Positions 8,653-18,706 of a stretch of 47,458 bases of DNA are shown in pieces. The position numbers and the translations under genes are program-made. Source of the DNA: an uncultured bacterium. GTDB lineage: Bacteria; Verrucomicrobiota; Lentisphaeria; Victivallales; Victivallaceae. The DNA lies in NCBI GenBank assembly GCA_902783135.1, contig CACZPY010000336.1, positions 1-47,458 on the forward strand, read 5' to 3'. The notes below the pieces were generated by a model that had not been told where the DNA came from, did not search any database, and saw only the letters and a list, made by a program, of their open reading frames with translations. Positions within the stretch are counted from its first letter, which is position 1. The number at the start of each line of letters is the position of its first letter.

Positions 8653-10217
8653 TACTTCTCCGTATCCCTTATCCGGAATATGATCTCTTTCGCGCCTGCC
8701 GGCAATGGCGCCGTGGAATAAACATCCATATCGCCGTACAATCCGGGGATCGCCGCGACAAAATTCAATTCGCAGACCCGGTCGCCGACCGTGACCTCAA
8801 ATTGTCTCTTGACTGCCGATTCGTCCAACCCCAACCGGCGAAACACCGGAACTTGGAAGTAGAAATACTCCCGATACCGCTTGCGGATATCGATACCGTG
8901 CCGAAGCCAGTCAAAAAAACACCCCGGACGCGGGAGCCCCCGAAAGCGCAACACCGTCTCGCCCGAAGATAAGCTTTCCACCGCGATCTGTTGCGGAAAC
9001 ACTGCGCCGCAACGGTAATCGAACCCGCTTCGCCGCCCCGCTTTCACCACGCCGCAATAATTGGCAAGGACCCCCGGAAGTGTCGCGCCCTCCCGCGCGC
9101 CCACCGGATTTTCCGCGACATTGCCGAGCGGACACTTGAAACACACGCCGAGTTTTCGCGTCCAGAATGCGGCGACCAGCGGACCGCGCTCGGGCAACAT
9201 ATCGCGCATCCCGCGAAATACATACGCTCCGCATCGTTCGGAGGGAAGCGTTTGCAATTCGGATTTCGCCGCCGCGTCCATCCGTGACGCCAACGTCAGC
9301 CAGAAGTACAAATGTGCCTGATAGACGCTCGCGTGGTGGTAACTCCGCCAGAAGCGCGTTTCGCCGTCGGTACTGTCCAGCATCAATCCCCTGCGCGCGA
9401 GCACCTCCGGCAGATGCCGCAAAAAGTAATCGCCGGAAACGCCCGGCGCAATGCCGTTGACCGCCAACAGATAGAACCACGGTCCCCATCCGAATACCTG
9501 ATCGGCGCCGCGACCGAAATAATTGAAATCTCCGTCCGGCAGCACGATGCCGATCAACCACCGCATCGCCCGATCCAGCGCTTCCTGCGGGAAATCCCAT
9601 ACCCCGAGGCGGTTGCCCAGTGTCAGCACGGCGGCGGTATAGGCATGATACTGCGGGTTGGCACTGCGGCCGCGTTGCACCCGGTCGCCGAAAAGTCCGT
9701 CGTCCTCCTGGGCATGACGCACCATCGCCAGCAATTTTTCCGCCGTTTTACGGTATCCGCTGCGACCGGTTATTTTCCAACGCTCCAAGTTGTTCCATGC
9801 GCGCATCGGCAGCCAGTTGAGCGTCATGTGCCGCGAATCGCCGCTTTCGAGCAGCAGCTTTTCCAACGTGACGCGCTCGTCGTCGTCCAGTTTCAGCCGC
9901 CCGGAACGGTGCAGAGTCAAAAGCAGACTCCAAATGAGGTTATTGAAATCATAGTGGTAGTCCGGATATTTGAGAAAACGCTCCTGCGTCGCGGCAACGT
10001 ATTGCAGCACCCGTTTCGCCCGCACCCGCTCCTCCGCGCCGCCGGACATCATCAATGCGCCGATATGATGACTGAGCGCGTAATGACTGCCGACGACCAC
10101 GTTGTCGCGCGGATCGACCAACGCCGCTCCGCCTTCCGGTTCGGCGCACTCGTATCCGCGGAGCGCGGCCGCAAGACGGGGAATGCTCTGTTCGATGACT
10201 TCGGTCAGCGTCGCCAT
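8652..10217 (-). CDS. Heparinase II/III-like protein (alpha/alpha toroid plus beta-rich C-terminal domain), function unknown
   Basis: 521 aa from MATLTEVIEQ (ATG 10217). The N-terminal two thirds are helix-repeat, W/Y-rich; the last ~170 aa are beta-rich. The call rests on architecture and polysaccharide-locus context only. Confidence 0.45.
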   Translation of the reverse strand: MATLTEVIEQSIPRLAAALRGYECAEPEGGAALVDPRDNVVVGSHYALSHHIGALMMSGGAEERVRAKRVLQYVAATQERFLKYPDYHYDFNNLIWSLLLTLHRSGRLKLDDDERVTLEKLLLESGDSRHMTLNWLPMRAWNNLERWKITGRSGYRKTAEKLLAMVRHAQEDDGLFGDRVQRGRSANPQYHAYTAAVLTLGNRLGVWDFPQEALDRAMRWLIGIVLPDGDFNYFGRGADQVFGWGPWFYLLAVNGIAPGVSGDYFLRHLPEVLARRGLMLDSTDGETRFWRSYHHASVYQAHLYFWLTLASRMDAAAKSELQTLPSERCGAYVFRGMRDMLPERGPLVAAFWTRKLGVCFKCPLGNVAENPVGAREGATLPGVLANYCGVVKAGRRSGFDYRCGAVFPQQIAVESLSSGETVLRFRGLPRPGCFFDWLRHGIDIRKRYREYFYFQVPVFRRLGLDESAVKRQFEVTVGDRVCELNFVAAIPGLYGDMDVYSTAPLPAGAKEIIFRIRDTEK

Positions 10218-11251
10218 TTCTTCTTCAGTTCCTTGAGTTTCTCCAGCGAAACAAAGCGAAGCAACAGCGGCCGCAACGTCAGATATCCCCACAAGGTGAA
10301 CGAATAGGCGCTGTGCGAACGGTGACCGTACATCAGCAGATCATCCCCGAATTCCTGAAGCCACAGCCCGAACGAGTTGAAAAACGCCAGACGCTTACCG
10401 CGAAAACGCACTTTGTGACGCGGCAACGGCAGCCGGGCTATCCGTTTGCACTCGGAGCGCCCCAGTATCAGATTCAGATGTTTCACTCCGACGGGGGCGA
10501 TGCCGATCATGGTTGACGCTGCCGCATCGCCGGTCGCCGCATCGCGGCTCCACAGCCGGAACCCGAGATCGACCGAACGGCCGATGATGGGTCCGTTGCC
10601 CTCCATCCCCTGAAAAGCATCGATCACCGTCAGATCCGGAGTTTGGGCGAAATACAGATCGTGGATCACTTCGGAAATATGCGTGTGATAATAAAATTTC
10701 TCCGTTCGCGGCAACAGCCCGAAGAGGTTCTTGCATCCCCCCGTGTATTTGGTCACCGCATGGGTCTTGAGATTCGCCGCCGAGATCAGAAAATCGCAAT
10801 CCAGCAGTTGCTTTGAAAGATAGAGATGACCTTTGACACTGCCGAAATAGCGAAAACGCGGATCTTCGACCTTTTCCAGCCGGTCGCGCGACAGATCGAG
10901 CAACTCCAGATACGGCAAATCCCATTCGGTAAGCCCGAGGTTCTCGAACTTCATGTACGCGAAGCCGGGACCGGAACTGTCGGATTCGGCGACCGCGAGC
11001 CGCGCCTCGGGATTCAATTCGTGGATCGCATCGACGAGCTCGCGCAGGAACACCACATCGCTCACCGCGTGCGATTCCCGGGGCACGGCGCTGCCACCCG
11101 CGAAATTGGGTTTCACGATAATATGGCGTGCAGCCAGGAGTTTTTCCGACAACTCCAGACGCTCCAGTATCTCTCGCAACGCCGAGGCGTCGATATGCCG
11201 GCGGTCGTCCGACAATACTCCGCGGTCCAAGACTTTCAGGCGGTCACTCAT
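10205..11251 (-). CDS. DUF362-domain protein
   Basis: Motifs IIVKPNFAGG, ..LKTHAVTKYTGGCKNLFG.. and ..DAFQGMEGNGP.. follow the DUF362 pattern. The start MSDRLKV at 11251 overlaps the upstream stop by 8 nt. Confidence 0.7.
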   Translation of the reverse strand: MSDRLKVLDRGVLSDDRRHIDASALREILERLELSEKLLAARHIIVKPNFAGGSAVPRESHAVSDVVFLRELVDAIHELNPEARLAVAESDSSGPGFAYMKFENLGLTEWDLPYLELLDLSRDRLEKVEDPRFRYFGSVKGHLYLSKQLLDCDFLISAANLKTHAVTKYTGGCKNLFGLLPRTEKFYYHTHISEVIHDLYFAQTPDLTVIDAFQGMEGNGPIIGRSVDLGFRLWSRDAATGDAAASTMIGIAPVGVKHLNLILGRSECKRIARLPLPRHKVRFRGKRLAFFNSFGLWLQEFGDDLLMYGHRSHSAYSFTLWGYLTLRPLLLRFVSLEKLKELKKKWRR

Positions 11252-12650
11252 TTTCGTGTCTTTCCTCCGCGGTAAGTCCGCACAAATAGGCATTGGAATA
11301 GACACAGGCGGCGCAAACGTTGCCGTTGAGCCCGAGCGAACCTTCGGGGTTCCACGAAAAGACGCCGCCCGCTCCCGCTCCGTCCGACGCGGTGTGCCGA
11401 ACGCACCATTCTATCGCCTTGTCCACCGCGCGCTCCAACACCGCGTGCTCGGCTTCGGGCATGAGCCCGCGACTCCGGCGCAGCGCGGCGGCAAGCACAG
11501 GAGTCCCTTTGCTGTCGTCGCCGCTCAAGATCTGCAGTCCGTACGGGCGCCACTGGTGCAGCCAGCTGCCGCCGCGCCGCTGCAGACGCAGGACGTTGCG
11601 CACCGTATCCCGCGTGACCTCCAGAAGTTCCGGATCTCTTTCGATCTCGCAGAAGGGCAGCAGTCCTTCAAGCGCCCACGCCTGACCGCGCATGAAAAGC
11701 CCGGTGCCGCGCTGACGGCCGGATGCGTCCAACGCCGTGGCAAAGCGCCCGCCACCCTGATAAAATGCGCGGACATACGCCTTGAGAAAGCGTGCAGCGA
11801 ACTCCAGATGCTCCTCTTTCTTAAGCAGCCGATACAGGTGACAGAACAATCCGGAGGTGAACCCGATATCGACGATGTTGGCGTGGGTCATCCATTTGCC
11901 GTCGCGCAGATTCCACCCAAAGTACGGCAAGTTTCCGGAACTCGCCCGGTGCATGATCCAGTCGGCGCAGCGCAGCGACGCGGTCAGAAAACGTTCGTCG
12001 CCGCTGTGTTCGTACCATTCGAGCATCCCGTGGTCGCAGAGATACGCCGCGTCGTTGGGACCGACGATCCCGTAGACCCCGCGTGCGTCGCGACCGTCCC
12101 GCACCCGCCAGCCGCCGTCGGGCAGCTGACGCGACAACAGTCCTTCGCTCAATTTCCGTGCATCTTCTATGCGACCGAGACGCAGGAAGTGCGGCACGAG
12201 TGCCGAGTTGGTCCAAATCCAGTCCGGGGCGCTCCAGTGATTGACCGAGAGATCGAAGCAGCAGTGGTAGAACCCGGCGTTGCGCCACCCCTCCGGTATC
12301 TGCGCATGTTCGACAAAGGATATCCATAATTTCCGCGCTTCCGGCTGGGCAAGACGGCGGAAACACGTCCTTTCCAAACGCACGCGGTGAAATTCCGCCG
12401 CCTTATGCAGCGACTCCCATGCCCGTCGGTCGGCGACGTTTTCCCATTGGAAAAGCTCTTCTCTGCGCAATTCCATGCCGGGAGCGATCGCGGTGTCGTT
12501 GATGAGACCGCCCGCGTCGGAGGAGGAAAACTCCACCTTGGGTTCGGCTAACTCGCAGCCGTTGACCCCGAAGAGTTTTTCCCTGCGACCGCCGCGGAGA
12601 CCCTTGACCCCGCGGAACACCCCGGAGGCGACTTTGCGTATCAGAATCAT
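11244..12650 (-). CDS. (alpha/alpha)6-barrel protein, glycoside-hydrolase / uronyl-C5-epimerase-like, function unknown
   Basis: The track ORF is trimmed to ATG 12650 (MILIRKV), which overlaps the wzy stop as ATGA. The W/Y/G-rich helical repeat pattern (..WIWTNSALVPHFL.., ..DGGWRV.., ..GQAWALEGL..) suggests a toroid fold. No catalytic motif was assigned. Confidence 0.4.
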   Translation of the reverse strand: MILIRKVASGVFRGVKGLRGGRREKLFGVNGCELAEPKVEFSSSDAGGLINDTAIAPGMELRREELFQWENVADRRAWESLHKAAEFHRVRLERTCFRRLAQPEARKLWISFVEHAQIPEGWRNAGFYHCCFDLSVNHWSAPDWIWTNSALVPHFLRLGRIEDARKLSEGLLSRQLPDGGWRVRDGRDARGVYGIVGPNDAAYLCDHGMLEWYEHSGDERFLTASLRCADWIMHRASSGNLPYFGWNLRDGKWMTHANIVDIGFTSGLFCHLYRLLKKEEHLEFAARFLKAYVRAFYQGGGRFATALDASGRQRGTGLFMRGQAWALEGLLPFCEIERDPELLEVTRDTVRNVLRLQRRGGSWLHQWRPYGLQILSGDDSKGTPVLAAALRRSRGLMPEAEHAVLERAVDKAIEWCVRHTASDGAGAGGVFSWNPEGSLGLNGNVCAACVYSNAYLCGLTAEERHENE

Positions 12651-14053
12651 TGCCGCAATACCGCTTCCCCGTATGACAGTGAGCCTCTTGACGACTTGGG
12701 AGTCCGGCACAACAGCCGGTAGACCTCGAAGATGATCAGCGTCCGCAGCGGATACGCCTGCGTCAAAAAGTGGTTGCTGAAAAATCCGTAGAGCAGCGCC
12801 AGCCCCCAGAAAAAGTATTCCGCGTAAATGATGATATCCCGGGAACAGCAGGCACGATAGTAGAGCCAGTAAGTCAGAAATCCCAATATGAAGCATCCCA
12901 ATATCACCATCGGCCAGCCGCCTTCATAGTAAAATGCTCCTCCGAGCGAAAACGTGTTGTACGGATCGATCCGGATCGGCATCGCGCTCATCCCGATATC
13001 GAACAGCCGCTTCAGTTGGAACGTGGTTATGATCGGCCACAGAATTATCGTGCCGTCTCCATGATTCAACTGGTTTTCCACCAAAAACAGCACATTGGAG
13101 GTCGGCGTCGTGAAATACATATAAGGATTGTACAGGCTCTGAAGCGACTTCGGCAAATCTGCGATATCGTGATAGCGCCGTGCGTAATCGTAGCCGGTCA
13201 TGTATTCCTCTTCGCCGAATTTGCCGCTGCGCAACACACCGTAAAAACTGAACACCGCCGACACGACGACCAGCAGCCCGATTACACCGAGCAGCGTTTT
13301 GCCGAAATGCGTGTTTTTGAGAATATCGCGGCGGTAAAGTTCCAAGGCAAAAACGAACGCCAACACCGCGTTCAGCAACGCCCCCTTGCTCATCTGCAGC
13401 AGGGAAACACAGAAAATCAGGACGAAAACCGCTATCAACGTGAGCTTCTGGCGTTTGCGGACCGCATTGAGGATCACCGCCACATAGAACATGGATAAAG
13501 ATCCGATAATGGCGATACCGCTCTGAGTGCGAATAGTCTGGATATCCTCCTTTGACGAAAAATCCAAGTTGTCGATATCGACATTTATCAGCACCATGAC
13601 GATGGGGATCAGGAACAACAGGAACATCGGCCAAGTGGAATAATCCGTTTCCGGCATTTCCGGAACCCCATGCAATTCCTGCATCTTCTGCAGTTTCTTG
13701 ATCCTGGACGCTCCGATTTTGGACATCGTCAACATCCCGAAAAACACGCCGTATCCGGCGAGGATCAGCACCAGTGCGCCCTCCCATGACGGCAGCGGCA
13801 GATATTTTTCGGAGATATAGTCCGAGTAGAACAAGATGGCGCACGGATAGGTGCTGAACAGCGTGAACGGGCTGAAAAGCCGCGGTTCCACCTGCAAACC
13901 GAAATATAACGATGTCGATATCAGCACGAACATCATAAACTTCAGGAAAACGAGCGCAAACGTGCAGTGCCCTGCCGCAGAAGTCAAACAGGCAGCAACT
14001 CCGGCGGCAAGACAGAGGAAATAAAATATTTTTTTCATAACATATGACGGCAA
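12647..14053 (-). CDS. wzy: Oligosaccharide repeat-unit (O-antigen/capsule) polymerase, Wzy-like
   Basis: 468 aa with roughly 10-12 hydrophobic helices, an AT-richer sequence, and a position between a GT2 and the flippase. TTG 14053 is preceded by GGAGA at 5-nt spacing. ATG 14038 is an alternative start. Confidence 0.65.
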   Translation of the reverse strand: MPSYVMKKIFYFLCLAAGVAACLTSAAGHCTFALVFLKFMMFVLISTSLYFGLQVEPRLFSPFTLFSTYPCAILFYSDYISEKYLPLPSWEGALVLILAGYGVFFGMLTMSKIGASRIKKLQKMQELHGVPEMPETDYSTWPMFLLFLIPIVMVLINVDIDNLDFSSKEDIQTIRTQSGIAIIGSLSMFYVAVILNAVRKRQKLTLIAVFVLIFCVSLLQMSKGALLNAVLAFVFALELYRRDILKNTHFGKTLLGVIGLLVVVSAVFSFYGVLRSGKFGEEEYMTGYDYARRYHDIADLPKSLQSLYNPYMYFTTPTSNVLFLVENQLNHGDGTIILWPIITTFQLKRLFDIGMSAMPIRIDPYNTFSLGGAFYYEGGWPMVILGCFILGFLTYWLYYRACCSRDIIIYAEYFFWGLALLYGFFSNHFLTQAYPLRTLIIFEVYRLLCRTPKSSRGSLSYGEAVLRQ

Positions 14054-14150
14054 AGTTATCTCCAGTTATTGAAAATTCTATTTTTTAGCCCCTTAATAAT
14101 ATCATTGGATGATTTGCATGCAATACGCCCGTCGTAGAAAACAATGCAAT

Positions 14151-15176
14151 TTATTCTTTTCTGCTCCCCGATAACGACCGTAGCAATCCGACACAAAAAA
14201 AAGCGAACGGGTAAATCCAGTCGGAAAATCTTATCGCCAAGCGTTTCGATAATGAAAATCGGTGGTCTTTCATGATGCCACACTTGGCTTCCGGCCACAA
14301 CTTGCGATATTCGGACGGCGGCAACACAAAATGAAGCAATATCCACAGAAGCTGCCATCTTTTGCGGAAATTCCAATCTTCTGCGAACTCCGTACCGGGT
14401 AGCAACTTCTCCAAGATGTCGAGCTCCGAAATCACCTCGTGCACGATGGAGAGTTTCATCCGGCTTCTGCATATACTGCCCGGTCTAATCCGGTAATGGT
14501 AGCAACTACCGTGACAGAATACGATTTTACCGCATTTATTGACTATTTGAATAACTTTATACAAATCCTCCTGACGAACAAATTTCTCCGTGGCTGAGGC
14601 AAATACTTTCTGCGCGATCTCTCTTCGGAACAATTTGTTCCACAAAACCCCGCGCGCAGAGCCGGAAAGTATGCTGTGCAGCATTTCCTCCGTCGAATCG
14701 ACATCGGTCAGGCGTTTCTTTACGTTGTCGTGCTCTCCGAATTCGCTAAAATAATCGCAACAGACACAATCCGCACCGGTTTCGTCAGCCTTGCCGCAAA
14801 GCTCCTCATACAGGTCGAGATCGACCCAATCGTCAGGATCGCAGCAGATCATATAGCGGCCGCAAGCCGCAGCACTGGCGTCCCGACGGGAGAGGACAAT
14901 CCCCTGATTATGCTTATGGCGAATGATTTTTACCTGCGATTTGCGCATTGGAAACTCTTCCAACACCGCTTCAACGATTTCAATACTGCGGTCAGGCGTG
15001 GCATCATCCACGAAAATGAACTCTACACCATCCCGCAGCGTTTGTCCAAAAAGCGAACGGACGCATTGCTCTATATAGGCCTCGACGCCATATACGGCGA
15101 CACAGACAGAAAGCATCACGTCGATGCCGTCCGATTCATATTTCACGTTTTTTTCCGACTTAACCGATTCGATCAT
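14151..15176 (-). CDS. Glycosyltransferase family 2
   Basis: Motifs LSVCVAVYGVEAYIEQCVRSL, FVDDATPDRS and CDPDDW (DXD). The start overlaps the wzx stop as ATGA. Confidence 0.85.
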   Translation of the reverse strand: MIESVKSEKNVKYESDGIDVMLSVCVAVYGVEAYIEQCVRSLFGQTLRDGVEFIFVDDATPDRSIEIVEAVLEEFPMRKSQVKIIRHKHNQGIVLSRRDASAAACGRYMICCDPDDWVDLDLYEELCGKADETGADCVCCDYFSEFGEHDNVKKRLTDVDSTEEMLHSILSGSARGVLWNKLFRREIAQKVFASATEKFVRQEDLYKVIQIVNKCGKIVFCHGSCYHYRIRPGSICRSRMKLSIVHEVISELDILEKLLPGTEFAEDWNFRKRWQLLWILLHFVLPPSEYRKLWPEAKCGIMKDHRFSLSKRLAIRFSDWIYPFAFFCVGLLRSLSGSRKE

Positions 15177-16633
15177 AATGATCTTCCTCTGCCAATCATA
15201 ATCATGAAATATTCCTTCATGAAAGTTATTTCACGCACGCGAAAAATCAACGCCACACCTATGTAAGTCAAAACTGCCGACACCAACTGCAAGATCAATC
15301 CAAGCGTTCCCCCCGAATACACCAAGGATATCCCGAATGCCACGGCTCCGGCGACCGCCGAAAGCAATACCGGCGTTTGAATATCCCGAACGATATCTAT
15401 GAGACGATAATTTATCAACTTGCGGCAAGACCACACGCTGATGAGACTTGCCAACACGGAATGTACCGCCATTCCCGCCGCCAGAACGATCAAGCTCTGG
15501 CGTATGACCAATATCAATATCGACAGTTCCAAAAATTTCTGTACGATTTCCAGCATCAGGCGTTGTCCGCTGTGTCCGCTCGATGTCACCAAATGGAAGC
15601 ATAACATGTTCAGCGGGATACATGCACAAACCAATGTGAATATCTGCAGAAGCGGCACGCATGCGATCCATTGCCGTCCCATGACGACCGGAACGAACGA
15701 CGGAGCGGTGACCGCCAGCACCATTGACGTCGGAATGATGAAGAACGCTATCAACCGATGAGCCGTTGAAAACATTGCGCGCAACGCAGCGCGGTCATTT
15801 TGCATTTTGGCAAACGCCGGGAACATGACCCGGAGAAAGACATCCGACACGCTGCCGACTATTACCTGGGGATAGTATTTGCCGCGGTCAAAAATACCAA
15901 GTTGGCTTCCATCGAAAAATTTTCCTATCAACAGCGGATAAGCCGACATACAAAGTTTGCCCAATAATGTTGCGAGCATATAATTCAGGCCAAACTTCAA
16001 CATCTTCCAAAGCGACCTGAAATCGCACTTCAGCCCGGGTCTCCATCCAATAAGCAGCCACAGCCCGCAAGTATTCACCGCCGTTTTGGTCAATTGTTGG
16101 ATCGCCAACGCCCAAACGCCAAAACCGTGCCAAGCCATGCCTATGCCGATAACGCCGGAAATCAGAAGCGCGGTAAAGTTGATGCGAAAACGTTCCTTGA
16201 AAGCCATCTTGCGCAATAACTGCGCTTCCTGAACAATGCAAAGCGAAAACAGTATGAGGCAAAGCGAAACCACGCGGACCAACGGCACGAGGCCGTCATT
16301 TTGGTAAAAACGCCCTATAGCCGGAGCACACAAAAACAGTATCGCGTATAAGATAAGCGACAGGATAAGATTTACAAAAAATATCGAATTTTCATCTTCC
16401 CGCGTCAGAGAATATTTCTGCACGAGCGCGATGCCGAGACCGGAATTGACCAAAACCTCGGCAATAAGAACAAACGAGGTGACAATCGCCAACATCCCGA
16501 ACTCTTCCGGGCGCAACATCCGGATCAGCAAAAACGACAAAATCAACGCGAGCGACTTTGTCGCCAACTGTTCAATACCGGTCCATATAAAACCGGAGGC
16601 GACTTTTTGTCTCACCGAACTTTCATTCACCAT
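15173..16633 (-). CDS. wzx: Polysaccharide flippase, MOP/Wzx family
   Basis: About 486 aa and multi-pass. The N-terminus (..KVASGFIWTGIEQLATKSLALILSFLLIRMLRPEEFG..) is typical of Wzx/RfbX flippases. ATG 16633 follows the GTG 16636 of the track ORF. Confidence 0.85.
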   Translation of the reverse strand: MVNESSVRQKVASGFIWTGIEQLATKSLALILSFLLIRMLRPEEFGMLAIVTSFVLIAEVLVNSGLGIALVQKYSLTREDENSIFFVNLILSLILYAILFLCAPAIGRFYQNDGLVPLVRVVSLCLILFSLCIVQEAQLLRKMAFKERFRINFTALLISGVIGIGMAWHGFGVWALAIQQLTKTAVNTCGLWLLIGWRPGLKCDFRSLWKMLKFGLNYMLATLLGKLCMSAYPLLIGKFFDGSQLGIFDRGKYYPQVIVGSVSDVFLRVMFPAFAKMQNDRAALRAMFSTAHRLIAFFIIPTSMVLAVTAPSFVPVVMGRQWIACVPLLQIFTLVCACIPLNMLCFHLVTSSGHSGQRLMLEIVQKFLELSILILVIRQSLIVLAAGMAVHSVLASLISVWSCRKLINYRLIDIVRDIQTPVLLSAVAGAVAFGISLVYSGGTLGLILQLVSAVLTYIGVALIFRVREITFMKEYFMIMIGRGRSL

Positions 16634-16681
16634 CACAAAACATTCCGCTTCACATGGAGAGATAATGCATCAGGATGTTTT

Positions 16682-17623
16682 TCACACTCCCCTGCCGTCG
16701 CCTGCAAGATATTCAGTGACAGTACGCCGAATCCCTTCGTCAAGGGTGATCTCGGGCTTCCAACCGAGGGCGCGGGCGCGGGAACTGTCCATTAGTTTGC
16801 GGTACATGCCGTCCGGTTTGGAGACGTCCCACTTGATCTCGCCCTTGAAGCCCGCCGCCGCCGCGATCTTTTCCGCCAGCGTCTTGATCGTGATGTCCGT
16901 GCCGTAGCCGATGTTGATCACCTCCGGATCGTCGTGGTTCTGCATGAAGTAATAGACCGCGTTCGCCACATCGTCGACGTGCAGAAACTCCCGCAGCGGC
17001 GCGCCCGTGCCCCACAGCACTTCCTCTTTCCGGTTCTCGCGCGCAGCCGTCACGAAGCGCCGGATGAACGCCGGGAACACATGACTGTTTTCGGGATGAT
17101 AGTTGTCGTTGGTGCCGTACAGATTGCAGGGCATCAGGCTGACCGTCTTCCAACCGTACTGCCGCGACAGATACAAACAGAGTTTATACCCCGCGATCTT
17201 GGCGAGCGCGTAGCCCTCGTTGGTGGGTTCCAGCGGGCCGGTCAGGAGGTACTCTTCCCTGATCGGCTGCGGTGCCTGACACGGATAGATGCAGGAACTC
17301 CCCAGAAAGCAGAATTTCTTGACTCCATGCAGATAACTCTGCATGATGACGTTGTTCTGGATCTCGAGATTTTCGAGCAGGAACTCCGCGCAGTGGGTCT
17401 TGTTCGCCATGATCCCGCCGACCTTCGCTCCGGCGAGGATGACGTATTCCGGATCCTCCGCGTCGAAGAACGCCTTCACCGCCGCCTGATTTCGCAGGTC
17501 CAGTTCCGCGTGGGTGCGCTTCAGGATGTTCGCGTATCCCTCGCGCTCGAACTTGCGGACGCAGGCGCTCCCGACCATCCCGCGATGGCCGCAGATGAAG
17601 ATCCTGGCGTTTTTGTCGATCAT
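16682..17623 (-). CDS. fcl: GDP-L-fucose synthase (GDP-4-keto-6-deoxymannose 3,5-epimerase/4-reductase)
   Basis: Motifs IFICGHRGMVGSA, ..GSSCIYP.. and ..YALAKIAG.. (YxxxK), at 313 aa. It lies directly downstream of gmd. Confidence 0.93.
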   Translation of the reverse strand: MIDKNARIFICGHRGMVGSACVRKFEREGYANILKRTHAELDLRNQAAVKAFFDAEDPEYVILAGAKVGGIMANKTHCAEFLLENLEIQNNVIMQSYLHGVKKFCFLGSSCIYPCQAPQPIREEYLLTGPLEPTNEGYALAKIAGYKLCLYLSRQYGWKTVSLMPCNLYGTNDNYHPENSHVFPAFIRRFVTAARENRKEEVLWGTGAPLREFLHVDDVANAVYYFMQNHDDPEVINIGYGTDITIKTLAEKIAAAAGFKGEIKWDVSKPDGMYRKLMDSSRARALGWKPEITLDEGIRRTVTEYLAGDGRGV

Positions 17624-17624
17624 T

Positions 17625-18677
17625 TCAAAAACCCTTCTCGTAACGGGGGTCGTCGAGCAGCCTGAGATCGCCGTCCACCATGATCCGGACCAGTTCCGCG
17701 AACTTCACCTCCGGGACCCAGCCGAGCTTCTCCTTCGCCTTGGAGGGATCGCCCAACAGCTGCTCGACCTCGGCGGGGCGGAAATAGCGGGGATCAATCC
17801 GCACCGCCGTTTTCCCGGTCGTCGTGTCGATGCCGACTTCATCGACGCCTTTGCCGCGCCACTCGATCGTGCGCCCGACGTGCGCGAATGCCTTTTCGAT
17901 GAACTCCCTCACCGTATGCATCTCGCCCGTGGCGACCACATAATCGTCCGGTTCCGGCTGCTGGAGCATCATCCACATCATCCGGACGTAGTCCTTCGCA
18001 TACCCCCAGTCGCGCCGCGCGTCGAGGTTGCCCATGTAGAGGCAATCCTGCATCCCGCGGTGGATGCGCGCCACCGCCATCGTGATCTTGCGCGTCACGA
18101 AAGTTTCGCCCCGGCGCGGCGACTCGTGGTTGAACAATATCCCGTTGGAGGCGTGCATGCCGTAGGCTTCGCGGTAGTTTTTGGTGATCCAGAAACCGTA
18201 GAGTTTCGCCACCCCGTAGGGACTGCGCGGATAGAACGGAGTCGTCTCGCGCTGCGGGATCTCCTGCACCTTGCCGTAAAGTTCCGACGTGGACGCCTGA
18301 TAGAAGCGCGCCGGGACCCCCGTTTCCTTGAGCGCATCCAACAGCCGCAGCGTGCCGATGGCGTCGGTCTCGGCGGTGTACTCCGGCATCTCGAAGCTGA
18401 CCTGAACGTGGCTCTGGGCGCCGAGGTTGTAGATCTCCTCGGGGCGGATCTTCTCGATCATTCGGCTCAAATTCGACGAATCGGTGAGGTCGCCGTAATG
18501 CAGAAACAGCCGCACCCCGTCGAGATGCGGATCCTTGTACAGATGGTCGATGCGGTCGGTGTTGAAGGTGCTCGCCCGGCGGATGATGCCGTGGACCTCA
18601 TACCCCTTGTCGAGCAGCAATTCCGTCAGGTAGGAACCGTCCTGTCCGGTGATCCCGGTGATAAGTGCCTTTTTCAT
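17625..18677 (-). CDS. gmd: GDP-mannose 4,6-dehydratase
   Basis: [40 protein letters not shown].. is a near-canonical Gmd N-terminus. The ORF is 350 aa. Confidence 0.95.
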   Translation of the reverse strand: MKKALITGITGQDGSYLTELLLDKGYEVHGIIRRASTFNTDRIDHLYKDPHLDGVRLFLHYGDLTDSSNLSRMIEKIRPEEIYNLGAQSHVQVSFEMPEYTAETDAIGTLRLLDALKETGVPARFYQASTSELYGKVQEIPQRETTPFYPRSPYGVAKLYGFWITKNYREAYGMHASNGILFNHESPRRGETFVTRKITMAVARIHRGMQDCLYMGNLDARRDWGYAKDYVRMMWMMLQQPEPDDYVVATGEMHTVREFIEKAFAHVGRTIEWRGKGVDEVGIDTTTGKTAVRIDPRYFRPAEVEQLLGDPSKAKEKLGWVPEVKFAELVRIMVDGDLRLLDDPRYEKGF

Positions 18678-18706
18678 CGTTCAGTGTTTCCGTCGGCTGT
18701 CGACGC

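Noticed and set aside
14114-14123. 10-bp palindrome TTGCATGCAA in the GT2-wzy intergenic region
   Set aside because: It is short, lies in AT-rich DNA and is likely to occur by chance. It has no adjacent T-run or second copy.
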